Source: Cystobasidiomycetes sp. EMM_F5
Taxonomy: Eukaryota
DNA: 64,000 nucleotides
Direction: 5' to 3'
NCBI GenBank assembly: GCA_051047955.1
Contig: JBPGPT010000020.1
Location: 186,001-250,000 of the forward strand
A program made the position numbers and the translations under genes. Below the pieces are notes generated by a model that saw only the letters and a program-made list of their open reading frames with translations, did no database searches and was not told the origin of the DNA. Of the stretch, positions 1 through 11,950 are shown in pieces; the first letter of the stretch is position 1; the number at the start of each line of letters is the position of its first letter.

Positions 1-984
1 CTCCATCATCGTTCGCCCGGACATCGAGGCATGCAACGATGCGCTTCGTGTAGCCGTTCCGACGTAGCTTCTCCTTGATTTCGCTACTATTTGCAGGCAG
101 GCTTACGATCTTATCGTGCGAGCGTGTGACTCCGTTTGACGAGAGCCATGCGTGTAGGATGTTTAGTCCGGCTTTCCCGCTCTTTTCAGGGTGGAATTGC
201 GTTGCAAAGACATTGTCTCGCTGCACGGACGAGACAAACAGCTCATCGCCGTACTGCGACACGGTATGTACCCAGTCGGATGATTGCGGATCGTATCGTA
301 CGGCATAAGAGTGGACGAAATAGTATGATGCACCGTCGTCTAAGAACCCGTATTTTACCATGTCTGCAGACTCTTGTGACGCCTCAGACGTCTTTAGCGG
401 GATTGCGCCATTCCAGCCCATGTGAGGAACGGCCTTGTTGTCTGTACTGAACTTTCTGATCTTTGCCGGAAACACGCTGAGCCCCGGTACGCCTGGTGCT
501 TCTTCAGATTCAGCAAACAGAACTTGCATGCCGACACAGATTCCGAAGCTAGCGTGCGGAAAGTGTGAGCCCAGCTTCCTCGTTTCAGATTTGATACAAA
601 GTCCTCACAATGGCTTGCCAGAGGCAATAAATTCCTTGAGTGGTTCTGCATAATTCTTATCGCGAAGTGCGTTGGTTGCCTGTCCAAATGCTCCGACGCC
701 TGGGAAGATGATTTGCTGGTAAGATGTGGATAGAATGAGCTCCTTGAATCAATATTCTTCCTCTCCGTCTGATGACACTCACGTCGGCTGCCTTGATGTC
801 CTTTGGTGACTCGGCCCATTTGTATTCGAAGCCGAGCTGGGTTATCGCGTTGGCGAGTGACCGGACATTACCAGCGCCATACGAGAGGAGGTATCTGCAG
901 GTATTTCAGCGTTATCGAGGGTAAGGTCAAGCTTCAGATTAGTTTGTATGATTTTTGGTCGATAGCGCAGTAGACTGACAGCAT
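1..984 (-). CDS. HIS7: Imidazole glycerol phosphate synthase (bifunctional hisH-hisF), 5' part; runs off the window start
   Basis: Manual splicing of the minus strand: 5-nt first exon ATGCT (984-980), intron 979-895, then YLLSYGAGNVRSLAN...IIFPGVGAFG...FGICVGMQ (catalytic Cys)...VPHMGWN...YYFVHSY...QFHPEKSG (His-Glu)...KRIVACLDVRANDDG (start of the cyclase domain). Confidence 0.95.
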
Positions 985-1099
985 AGTGATAAGACCGGTC
1001 AGAGACTCAACGTAGATTCCTAAACTTGTGAAACAGTGATGTAGATGTCGTCGGAGCAAAGTGTGTGCTTGCTTTGTGCTTTCCTCTATGTCGCTGATC

Positions 1100-1110
1100 G
1101 AGTCAGTCAT
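1100..1110. promoter_or_regulatory. Candidate Gcn4/CPC-1 (cross-pathway control) site in the HIS7-SER3 bidirectional promoter
   Basis: GAGTCAGTCAT reads ATGACTGACTC on the minus strand (overlapping TGACTGA and TGACTC), centred in the 232-bp gap between two amino-acid biosynthesis genes. Confidence 0.45.
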
Positions 1111-1216
1111 GCACGCCATCTGTCGGCCAAATTTACGCCCTGCACATCTCCAACTTTGTCTGAACGTCTGAACAACTCAGCTGCGTCTTGGGAATTTCCA
1201 AGTCTTGTAGCAAACC

Positions 1217-2962
1217 ATGTCGCAACCCATCGCCATGCCAAACCTGTCGGGGCTCAGCCTCTCGCAGCACCAGGCTGATGCTGCCGCCAGAGCTGGGTCA
1301 AGCTTCACCTCATCGAGCCCCGGCGACCACTTTAGTCCACCAAAACATCACTACCCTCTTCAGGCTACGTCCCCAAAAGCTTCTCTCGCTTCACCGCTTC
1401 AGCATATCCCACCTGGCGCGATTCCATTGCCCAAACGCAGCACAAATGGCTTTGCAGCAGACGCTGCAGCCAGTCTCACATCGCCCGGCGGGATGCAGAC
1501 CGGATCGTCTACTGGTTCTGTCAGAAGTCCAAGACAGCGCTCAATGAGCCAGATTATACCCCCCAAAACCTTGACACCCTTTGTCCCAAGAATGCCAGAA
1601 CTCGACGAAGAGAGGGCACAGCCGAAATGCCTGCTACTGGAGAATGTCAACGAGAGTGCTATCGAGATGTTTAGAGCTCAAGGGTATATCGTAGAGACGG
1701 AAAAGAGTGCGCTCGGAGAAGACGAACTCATAAAGAGGCTTATTGCTGGCAATTACTCTGCTCTGGGGATCCGCAGCAAGACTAAAGTGACCTCAAAGGT
1801 TATTGAGAGTGTGAAGAATGTGGGTTCTGGTCGACGTGTCCAAAGTCAACATTATACTAATACTCAAATCATAGCTCATTGTCATTGGGTGCTTCTGCAT
1901 CGGTACAAATCAAGTAGACCTGCTAGCTGCAGCTCGTGCAGGTATCGCCGTCTTCAACTCTCCTTTCGCAAAGTCGGTCACGCTCAGAGCTGCGCTTGTG
2001 TGCTGCATATGCTGACTCCTCGCAGCTCTCGATCCGTGGCAGAGCTAGTTATCTCAGAAATAATCGCCCTCTCTCGTCAACTATGCGATCGATCAACAGA
2101 AATGCATCAAGGGACATGGAACAAGGTATCCAAGAATTGCTGGGAGATTCGCGGCAAAACACTAGGAATCGTCGGATACGGCCACATTGGTTCTCAGTTA
2201 TCAGTCTTGGCCGAAGCAATGGGAATGACTGTACGGTATTTCGATGTCGTTCCCATCATGCCGCTCGGCTCAGCGCACCAGATCGAGACGCTCGATTCGC
2301 TGTTGGCCATGTCGGATTTCGTTTCGCTGCACGTCCCGGAGTTGCCGGAGACAATCGAGATGATTGGCGCAGAGGAACTCGCAAAGATGAAGAAGGGCGC
2401 ATACCTCATCAACAATGCGCGGGGAAAAGTTATTGATATCCCTGCGCTTGTCGAATCGCTCAAGAGCGGGCATCTAGCAGGCGCAGCTATCGATGTGTAC
2501 CCGAAGGAACCGGCAGCCAATGGCAACAACTTCAATGACGACTTAAATTCATGGTGGTCACGTCTAGCTGGGTGCAGCAATGTCATTCTGACACCTCATA
2601 TCGGAGGAAGCACGGAAGAAGCACAACGCATGATTGGCGCTGAAGTTGGTGGAGCACTGATCCGCTACATTAGCTTCGGAGCCTCCCTCGGTGCTGTCAA
2701 CTTTCCCGAAGTATCGCTGCGACCCATCATTCGCGACCAGATTGTCCGACTGTGCTTTACGCATCTGAATCAACCGGGTGTGCTCAAATCCGTCAATCAC
2801 ATCCTTGGGTCGTTCAATGTGGAAAGACAGCTGTCAGATTCCAAGGGAGATATTGCCTATCTCATGGCGGATATTGCGCATGTCAGCTCGGAAGACGTCA
2901 AGGACATCTACGACAAGATTTCGGTCCTGCCGGCGAGCGTTGCGACACGGGTGCTGTACTGA
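1217..2962 (+). CDS. SER3: D-3-phosphoglycerate dehydrogenase with C-terminal ACT domain
   Basis: Motifs GIRSKT, IGCFCIGTNQVDL (after removing introns 1820-1874 and 1973-2025), GIVGYGHIG Rossmann motif, INNARG, LTPHIGGSTEEAQ, HLNQPGVL ACT domain. Confidence 0.96.
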   Translation: MSQPIAMPNLSGLSLSQHQADAAARAGSSFTSSSPGDHFSPPKHHYPLQATSPKASLASPLQHIPPGAIPLPKRSTNGFAADAAASLTSPGGMQTGSSTGSVRSPRQRSMSQIIPPKTLTPFVPRMPELDEERAQPKCLLLENVNESAIEMFRAQGYIVETEKSALGEDELIKRLIAGNYSALGIRSKTKVTSKVIESVKNVGSGRRVQSQHYTNTQIIAHCHWVLLHRYKSSRPASCSSCRYRRLQLSFRKVGHAQSCACVLHMLTPRSSRSVAELVISEIIALSRQLCDRSTEMHQGTWNKVSKNCWEIRGKTLGIVGYGHIGSQLSVLAEAMGMTVRYFDVVPIMPLGSAHQIETLDSLLAMSDFVSLHVPELPETIEMIGAEELAKMKKGAYLINNARGKVIDIPALVESLKSGHLAGAAIDVYPKEPAANGNNFNDDLNSWWSRLAGCSNVILTPHIGGSTEEAQRMIGAEVGGALIRYISFGASLGAVNFPEVSLRPIIRDQIVRLCFTHLNQPGVLKSVNHILGSFNVERQLSDSKGDIAYLMADIAHVSSEDVKDIYDKISVLPASVATRVLY

Positions 2963-3188
2963 AAAGCTAGTGCTATAATAGTGTTAAATACGACTGTTGA
3001 TAGGTAAATGCGTAGACTATCTGGAAGCACATAATATCTTGAATGCTCGGAGAAGTCCATACTGCTGTTTTATGACTGTCACCGGTTGCCTTTTACGAAA
3101 TCCTGCAACAACGCTGTTACCATTTGAAGTGATCATAACTGCCATACCGTGACTGCCTGGAGCTGTATCGCGCTGAGCTGCCGCGAAG

Positions 3189-5165
3189 ATGGGCTTCTAC
3201 ATCCCGAAGGAGCGGGAGCAGAACCTCCGAAAGTACAGCTACTCTGGGCACGATGGCTCGCTGCTGTCCAAGTATGTCCTGACGCCGTACTGGAACAATC
3301 TCGTAAAGATATTCCCAATGTATGTCCACTGCGAATACCGTCGTCCTCGTTTCTGGGGCTGAAAAGATTCTGGTGTTGTCATAGGTGGTATGCCCCGAAT
3401 CTGATTACTCTCTCGGTACATACATGATTCTGGTCATTAGAGGCCCGAGAAGGAGCAGAGTGGAGGCGCTGACTGGGTCCCGTGTACCGCTCGTTTAGGG
3501 TCTAGCTTTCGTTTTCGTCAATTTCGCATCGATGATTTACTATGAACCCTCCTTGGCATGCCTGCCAAAACCAGTCCACAAGGTAGGAGATACTGCGCGC
3601 AATTATTTACCCACTTCTAACATATACTGTTTAGAGCTTCGGCGGACAATGGGACCCCCTCTTCTCCACTACGTCACCGTTGAAGAACGCCGCAAGCCTA
3701 GGAGGCCGACAAGTATTGTCTACATGGCATGGCAACATTTCAAACATCGAGAACAGCACATGTCCGCCCAGCTGGATCTACTTCTCGTAAGTCTCAATTT
3801 GGCAGATCGTTGGTCGAGAAGGTGATTGTATTGCGTTCCATGGTTATAGTTGGGCAATCTCTCTCTTCATCTATCAGAGTCTTGATGCCATTGACGGCAA
3901 GCAAGCGAGGAGAACTGGGTCAAGCAGTCCGTTGGGCGAAGTCTTCGACCATGGTAAGTCATCTATTTCTCTAGAAGTAACGTGTGCACTCATAACTAAA
4001 CACCTTGTCTTGTGCAGGCTGCGATGCCATTAATACGACTGTATGTCTGACAGCACTCGTCCATTCCGACGCTTGATCCTGATTGGCGCTACAAGCTTGA
4101 AGTTCTGCTTACCGCTGCGGCGATCAATCTTGGTATGGGATGGTGGACAGTTGCGTCTCAGCTCTTCACGCTAGCCAACTTCTACTTGACAACGTGGGAG
4201 GAGTACCACACTGGCGTGCTCTATCTTTCGGCATTTAGCGGGCCAGTCGAGGGTATCTTGCTAATTTGCGTAATCTACGCTTTGACTGGAGTATACGGTA
4301 CTTGATGCTTGTCAGGGGGATATAAACGCTTGTCTAACAGTAGTTTCGTTAGGACCTGGCTTTTGGGACCAAGGGATATTGACCCTGCTGCATCTGGATC
4401 ACCTGTCCATAGTCAAACAGCTTCACATCAAGAATCTTCCCCTCAACGAATGCTTCCTCACCTTCGGCGCTATTGCGCTTGTCTTTAACATCAGTAGCAG
4501 CTACGGCAATGTGTACAAGGCGACAAAGAAGAAGGGTCAGAGTGTGATTACGCCACTGCTGGGTCTGTTGCCATTCGTGATACACAGTCTGATTCTGCTA
4601 GCTTGGCTCGATGCGGTCGAGATTGTTCGGACGCAGTACCTTCTGCCTTTTGCCGTCTTTTGGGGTAATGATCTCGCCTGAAATGGCTAGGCTACAGCTG
4701 ACGTTGCAAACAACAGGTCTCTCTTTCGCGTACCAAGTCGGTCTCCTCATTACCGCTCATGTGTCAAAAGGACCCTTCCCATACTTTCACGTCTTACTCC
4801 TGTGGAGCGCTTTTGGTTCCCTCGATGCGAATCTTCCGAGGCTGTTTGGACGACCGCCAATACTCCAAAGCAGCGATGAGAAAGCAGTAATGTTCGTGAT
4901 CTGGAGTGCTGTCTTCGCATTCGCTGTGTATGCCTGGTTCGTCTACGATACTATCGATACATTCTGCGAAGTATTGGATATAAATTGCTTGAGCATAAAG
5001 TGGGCTTCTATCCCTATCTTCCGATGGCAAATAGGCTGAGTGTGATTTGAATGCAGATACTACGGCAAGCCGAAACCAGCCGGCAGCTTTGAGAAAGAGC
5101 CGCAAATCCCCGACCGCAAAGAAACGGCAGCTACTTCAGAGACTTTACGACAACGAAAGAAATGA
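3189..5165 (+). CDS. EPT1: Choline/ethanolamine phosphotransferase (CDP-alcohol phosphatidyltransferase), multi-exon
   Basis: Spliced MGFYIP...[21 protein letters not shown]...APNLITLS...[30 protein letters not shown] (CDP-alcohol motif)...TWEEYHTG; many TM segments; ends RQRKK. EPT1 and CPT1 cannot be distinguished from sequence alone. Confidence 0.92.
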
Positions 5166-5426
5166 AATCGACTGTTGAAAGCAAATATATGTTTCTGAGT
5201 ACTTTCCTTTAAGCTCAGATATACATAGTGCGAATACACGCGAATGACAAGACGTGCTAATAGAGAATGGAGAGGCCGAGAGGAAGCGGAACCATGGCAG
5301 TAAAAACGCATCGTGCATCTTGTTGTGTGGTACAAAGCAAGCGAGTATTTCAAGACACGCTTTGTGCGTCTTTTGCCATGACGCGTTCATTCCGGTCCTT
5401 TTCGACACGTCAACATACTGTATCGA

Positions 5427-6328
5427 ATGGCTGCACCAGACTGGGACTCGCTACGGCGCAGCGTGCGCAACCTCGAGAATGACCTCAACCAGCGTATATC
5501 AGACTATGCGAAGCTGGCCAACCAGCTCAGCACGGCATACTACAGCTCGCAGCTATCGAGCTCGGTCACGGGCAGCAGGGCGGATGCTCAACAGCTGGAG
5601 CAGGATATCAGCGAAATGCTGGACAAGGTGTGCGCAGACAATATCGCAGTAGTCTGACAAACTGCAGCTTACTGAATCAACTCTTGTTTCGCTGATTGTC
5701 GCAGCTGGCCAAATTGGTTGACGACATGACAGTGTTACTCGACAGTCGCGGTACAGCATCAACGAGCGCGATGAATCATACCCTAACGCGACATCGAGAA
5801 ATTCTGAGCGACTATCGCCGCGATTTTAAGCGAACGCAAACGCAGGTCCGGGATGCGGAACAGCGACAAAGCTTGTTGGGATCCGTGAGAGACGAGATCT
5901 CTGCCTTCAAGGCTGGAACAGGCGAAGACCCGTCTGATATGCTCCTCGCTGAGCGGAATCGGATAGATTCTAGCAACCGAATGACGGACGAGATACTAGA
6001 GTAGGCCGATGCATATTGGCAGATATAGATAAACAAGGCTGACATTCGCACCAACGCAGACAAGCATATGCCACGCGATACGAGTTTTCTCAGCAAAGGT
6101 CGGGTATAGGAAACATCAACACGCGTATGAAGGGTGTTATGAGTACGCGCGAACGATTCGAGCAATATAAAAGCGTAGACTAAAATGTCCGACGAATTGG
6201 CAGCGCAAGTACCTGGCATCAACTCACTACTAGGCCTCATCAACTCCAGACGGCGGAGAGAAACATTCATCTTGTGCGCAGTCACTGGAGTGTGCACGCT
6301 GATATTGTTATGGTATGTCATGCGGTGA
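5427..6328 (+). CDS. GOS1: Golgi SNARE (GOSR1 family)
   Basis: WDSLRRSVRNLENDL...HTLTRHREILSDYRRDF...LLAERNRIDSSNRMTDEIL...QAYATRYEF...VPGINSLLGLINSRRRRE followed by a C-terminal TM anchor. Confidence 0.92.
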
Positions 6329-6861
6329 GAGGAAATGGAAAGTCGAACGAAGAAGTGCAGAAATGTAGTATAGCGATATTGCAAGACGTCAATAAGGAGG
6401 CAAACGCGTCGAATGTTGGTGTTATCGTCGCCTTTTCTTTCTCCGCAAATACCACTACTAGACAAAGTAATAAACGATGCTAGACTAAGTAACAGCAAGC
6501 AAGACTTACTGACAAGAATACTCCTAAACTAGATAACATTGTACAAAACTGATCGTCCTTGTTTTGGCCTCTGACACGTCGGTTGGCCGTAAATTTTTGG
6601 GGTTGTTCCTCGAGACTCCGAGTCGATAGAAGTAGAATCGTGCAGAAGACAAGGAGATACTGAAATCATGCCAGAATACCTGAGATGGTCTCAAGTCAGC
6701 CGAAGAGATATTTGAAGGAACGAGCGCGACTTACAGATCGGAACGCCAAAAGCGCACGTACCGCTGCCGAATTGCTGCAATTTCCCTCACTGAAAAGCCA
6801 CATCGTGCTGTCCTAACAATCTCCGCCTAACAACTGCATGATACTCCATGCTTGCGTACTT

Positions 6862-8251
6862 TCACTCTGTGAGCAATCGACCCTTTGATCTCTTCCTGTT
6901 GCCGTAGTTTACAAAGTTCATCTCGAACGCTTGTGGATAGCCATTTGTAAAGTGCAGAGAGGGATAGTTGAGTTCGCCGTAAAAGGCTCTCAGTCCAGCT
7001 GCCTCCATACCCTCGTACCAAATATCGAAATTCTTGAAATTGTAGCCGACTGGCTGAACTTGGTCGACGTGGATTTCCATAAGTAGTTGGTCGACTGTAC
7101 GGCCTCTCCTCAATTAGCTCGCTCTCTTTACTTTGGGCAGCAGTACTTACATGGCAGTCTGTTCTTGCCGAATTCCGAAATTATATCGGGAATCACGTTG
7201 AATTCGGAGCCCTCCACGTCGACCTTGAGAATATCGATCCAGTCATGACCATTTTGCTTCATCAGCGTCTTGAGTGTGTAGAATGGATAGCCAAACTTTT
7301 CTTCGTTCTTCGACCCAATTCCCTATTGTCGACGTCAGCAGTTGTCTAAAACTACATACCTGCTGGGCAGACTCACAAAGCGGTGGAAATGGAAACGTTG
7401 CTGTTGCTCTAAATCGAGTGCAGCAATCTGAGGTCCAGGCTAGAAAAGAAAAACGCGTAACAAAACATGCTCGTAATCAGGCACTGTATTTTGGAGGCTC
7501 GAGCTGCCGAGTGGCGAGATGAGAGGTTGCTCACCCTATCTACAGAAAAGTCGTATGCGAATATTTCGCACTTTGTCCGCGTCAAGAGTTCTGCTTCCCA
7601 GCTTGATTCTTGAGCGACCCCGAAAGAGTAGACTACGCATTTGTCGTCCCTTGCAGCCATTATCCTGGGCAGTCCGCATACGTACTGTTGTTAGTAAAAT
7701 TGTTAATCAGCCTTGATCCTTCATGCTCTTCGATGATGTACGCACTTTACCGCCGTCGACTATGCGCCCTACGCGCTCAACCTCCCACGGACATGAGAAT
7801 GATGGGAGATAGAGATCCTGCGACAGTTGTCCATCTTAGCATTAACTCCGCCCAAAGACCTGGAAAGACTACTCACCCATACTGTGTACAACTGTCCAAG
7901 GCCGGGCTCGTCCTTGTCAGAAAACATTGCCATCTTGCCGCTCCCGCCCTTTTCTCTGATAAACTCGAGCCTCTTCTTCTTGCTCGACGACCACAGCTCT
8001 TCTGACCTGTCGACGGCAGCCGACACACTGACTGGTCCAAACGCAGGATACTTTTCTTCGCTGTTTAGCCCATCGCCCGCTCTTGACGGCGGGTATGTAT
8101 AGTAGGCCAGGCTATCGGGCATGGCGGTGCCGCGATTGAGCAGGAAACACAGCGGGATGGCTATGGCGGCGCATATTGTCGCGATAAAGAGTTTGGGATG
8201 CTTCTGCTTGAACGTCGCGAGCGCTGGGCTCAGCTGGATGGTCGCAGACAT
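6862..8251 (-). CDS. Type II membrane SAM-dependent methyltransferase-like protein (Methyltransf_22/METTL24-like)
   Basis: N-terminal TM (LFIATICAAIAIPLCFLL), then FSCPWEVERVGRIVDGGK, VCGL, CVVYSFGV...SSWEAELL...CEIFAYDFSV, WIDILKVDVEGSEF, DQLLMEIH. The 3' end is uncertain. Confidence 0.8.
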
Positions 8252-8689
8252 TTTGGTGCTGCTGCTTTTCGGTGTCTCCGGCTCTTTCGGCTTGGATGCA
8301 AGGTACGGAGAAAGGCGCGCAGAGTGCTGAGTGGGTGTGCAATTTGATGGGCAGCTTGAGAGATTTGAAAGCTGCAGTCTTTCGTGTATTTGACGGCTGG
8401 AAAGAAGGAAAAGGTCAAAGACTCGCTCATTTACGCGGTCTGCATTTTTATGTGCGTGGCGCGGAGGTCGATGTATCAACCACGCGTCTGGGCCTTGGCG
8501 GGGTTTGTCGGCGGAGAAGGCGATATTTACAGAGAATAATAAAGACCGACTTGATGGGTTATATTACAACGAATACCTGGTTGGGATACACACTGCCAAA
8601 TAATACTGACTAAATAACGAACTGAACCAGAATTATGACATTACCTGAACTGCAGCGAAACTAGCACGATAGACGAGAGAACGGAGCCA

Positions 8690-11605
8690 TCAATGATGAT
8701 GATGGTGATGCGCAGACGCGTCATCATGAGAGTGGGAATGCGTCTGATGGGTCGCGTGATTCACGGTGTGCGGATGCTCAGCGTGATCGTGAGCAGAATG
8801 ATCTTGACCACTGTGTTGACCATTCGAATGACCGTGATCGTGATCGTGCGAGTGTCCATGGTCATGATGAGAATGACCATGACCATGATCATGCGAGTGT
8901 CCGTGATGCCGACGATCCGTCTCGGCCTGAAGCGCTCGGCTCTCATCGAAGCGCGACACCTGTACAGTAAGCTCAAGCAGCCTCTGTGGTCCTCCCTTAC
9001 TCTTTACCCCCATACCTCCCTCGTCTCTCGCACCACTTCCTGACGTACTTCCGAGCACCGCAATCGTACACCTCTCTCTACACCACTCCGTCAAGCGTAG
9101 AATCTCCTCGTCGCCAGTCTCCTTCCGTACCTGTACATTCAACGTAACGACAGTTGTGACGGGTTCTTTGCTGCTCGTACTATTGTACGATAGTACGGGG
9201 AGTGATTTTCGGCCGAAAGCAGAGGATTTCAGTGATGGTTCCGATACGATCGGTGGAGGATGAGGGAGGAGTTGCCAGATATGCGGGGGCGGAACAAATT
9301 GTACACTCGAATGGTTCTCAATCTCCTCTAGTGCCCTTTGTAGATTCGCCATCGGACCAGTATTGTGATATGCGGGAGGTGCTGTTTGTAGAAGCGCACG
9401 GCCAGTACAAACGGCAGCAGGGTATGCCACGTAGAACATAGCAATACTTTGGAGAAGAGCGACCACTTTGTCGAGCGGCGCTAGTTGATGAGATGGGATG
9501 AAGACACTCGCGGCTGCTAAACCTATCGAGAAGGACAAAGCAGTAAGAGTGAAAGGATTAGCGAGAATAGCTCTTTGGACGAGGCTAGAGAAGCGCGTTT
9601 TGTTGGGAGAGTTTGAATTGCCCGAGTACAAATTGTATGATTGGAGGCCGACCGCTGCAATTGTGCAAGTATTAGTTACAGTCACATTCGATTTGAGCGG
9701 ACCGGATACTGACACTCAGAAAGAAGCAGATGGTTTTTGAGAAACACGGCGGTGAATACACAGCCTGCCACAGAGAGCAGAAGCAGTGTCGTCGGGATGA
9801 CGATGCCTCCATCAAAATCTAGCGAAGAGTTATGAGCCACCGAAATAGCTTCGCCGTGTCCCATCGTGCCATGCGCTGCCCCGTGCTCGCCATGACCACC
9901 CTCATCAGGACCATGGCCATGCAGGAGCAGGACATGCTCTATCGATTCCTTGCAGACGTACACTGCCGAGAATATCAGGTATACGCATTGCGAGAAGTGC
10001 GATAATGTGATGACCCGGGATGTGCTGCAGTATCGGAAACGATATCAGCCAAGGTACGATGCACACAAAGCGCTCGAGCGAAAGCGCACCCAAATGGAAA
10101 CCGAACATCGTTGTCTCCAGCTTTTCGACCTTGCATAATCTGCCATAACCGTTCGATACCTCTTGCGTTTCCTTCGACTACTACTGCACTGAGCGCAGCC
10201 ATACCATCGAAAGTAATGAGGTATCCCAAGCCTGTAACTGCTAACGATTCGCCCGTTTGCCCTGCTATCCATAGATTCGCACCGAGTACGATTTCCGCGA
10301 CGGCAATACACAACGCCAGCTGTGTTAGTATTGGTAAATGAAAGACGAGTGCAAACAGAAGCCTTGCTGGTGCAGGTAGGTGAGAGTATTTGGAGCCAAG
10401 GGATAGTGAAGGTATGAGTGACGGGTCGGAGGGAGTATGCCGATGCCGCCTTGTACTGGATGCGAGCGACGGAACTGCTTTGGGAGTATTTGGCGAAATG
10501 GCAGATCCAATGGATGAGATTGGGGAGATTGCATCGGTCCCTGGAGCGAGCAGACCAGGTCCAGAAGTACGGCGTGGGGTAGAATTGTCGAGAAAGGGAA
10601 AGAAGCTGCATGATGTGGGAGTGAAGTGTCAGTTGCACCGCATTGCTTACAATTTGTGGAATTACACACTTGTGGGACATAGAATGTCTATGATGGTGCC
10701 CTCTCCGCGACTGCGGATTCGTCCTTGTACTCTCATCACCTGTATCTATGGGTGCTGGCGCTCCATTCGCGAACCCCCATCCTTTAGTGCGAGCGCCCGT
10801 AATATCCACATTGACGCTGTGCTGCCTGTCCGCTTGTTCGTCCTGCTCATCGAATTGCACGGCCTTTAGTTGATAGCCTGGCAAGCCCTTCTGCTCCGGT
10901 CTCGGAAAGAAAACTGATAGATTTCTCGAATGAACGCGCGAATGCCGCCGACTGTGCTCCCTACGCTCTGCTGCCGTCATGCCTGCCATTGAAGTCTGCC
11001 CGATTGGCGATTGAGGCAGACTGCCAGGATTACTGCTTGAGGTGCCGCTACCTCTTCGGTCGTGGGTTCCCCTGACTGGAGACGTGCCATTCGCACCATA
11101 CATGCTCATAGAGTATGACGGACTGAACGGCGATGTCATTGGCAGGAATTCGTCTTCCTCTTCTTGCTGTAATTGGGGTGTTGTCGGTGGAGGTGGTGCG
11201 GTCGCAGAGGTCGACGAAGAATAAGACGAGGATATATTTGACGTGGAAGCTGTAGGACTAGTCCCCGCGTAGCTATCGAAGCTTGCCGCGTCGAGCAGCG
11301 GTTTCCCGTTTGCATTCACGTCGCTGCCAAACGTGGATTGGAGAGTATCGGATCCGCCCGTCATACTGGAAATGGACGATGTGCTTCCCCGCGTATGCAA
11401 TGATGGCTTTCGCGTGTGCGTTGTTTGTATTTGCTGACCGCTGCCATTAGCATTGCTGTTGCCTGTGCCAGGTGCAGGACCGTCGTTTGCTTCAAGTTCT
11501 CGGACAAGGCTCTTGACTCTGCCCACGTCAGTACATATTGTCAGTGTCAGTACTCAGTCTGTTGTCCAGCCGCCATTCCAGTGCTGACCTCCGATGTTTC
11601 GACAT
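8690..11605 (-). CDS. Cation diffusion facilitator (Zn transporter, Zrg17/Msc2-like) with long disordered N-terminus and His-rich C-terminal tail
   Basis: First exon MSKHR spliced to VKSLVRELE; RRHSRVHSRNLSVFFPRP; TM region GYLITFDG...RFPFG...YVCKESIEHVLL; His-rich loop; ALLQTAPP; PHIWQL; tail with HGHSHDH repeats. Confidence 0.78.
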
Positions 11606-11950
11606 TGCCCGTCAATGGCTTCGAGCGTCCAGCTTACAATAACGCGACGCTGAGCTGAAGACGGCCAGCGCACGCCAGGCTGAGGGCTTTGAGAGGCAGC
11701 TCAGCAGTATTGTCCAGCAGAATGTTGTCAGAATAATGTTAGATTTGTAGAAAATGCAACGCGCTTTGACCCTTATGGTGCCCCGATATAGCCGTGACAA
11801 TCTTACCGCCATTCCGACTGCAGCATCGACTAACATACAACGTCGTCCGGACACTTCTATTGCGTACATCTACGGTACTCGAACAACGGAATCTAGGACC
11901 AAAAGTTCTGCTATTGAGATTGCATCTAAAGACGGTATGAATATCGCAAC

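Noticed and set aside
5812..6498. 228-aa minus-strand ORF
   Set aside because: Antisense to GOS1 exons and introns; no independent coding signature.
8693..9043. Met/Val/Ile-rich plus-strand ORF
   Set aside because: Simply the reverse complement of the His/Asp codons in the CDF tail.
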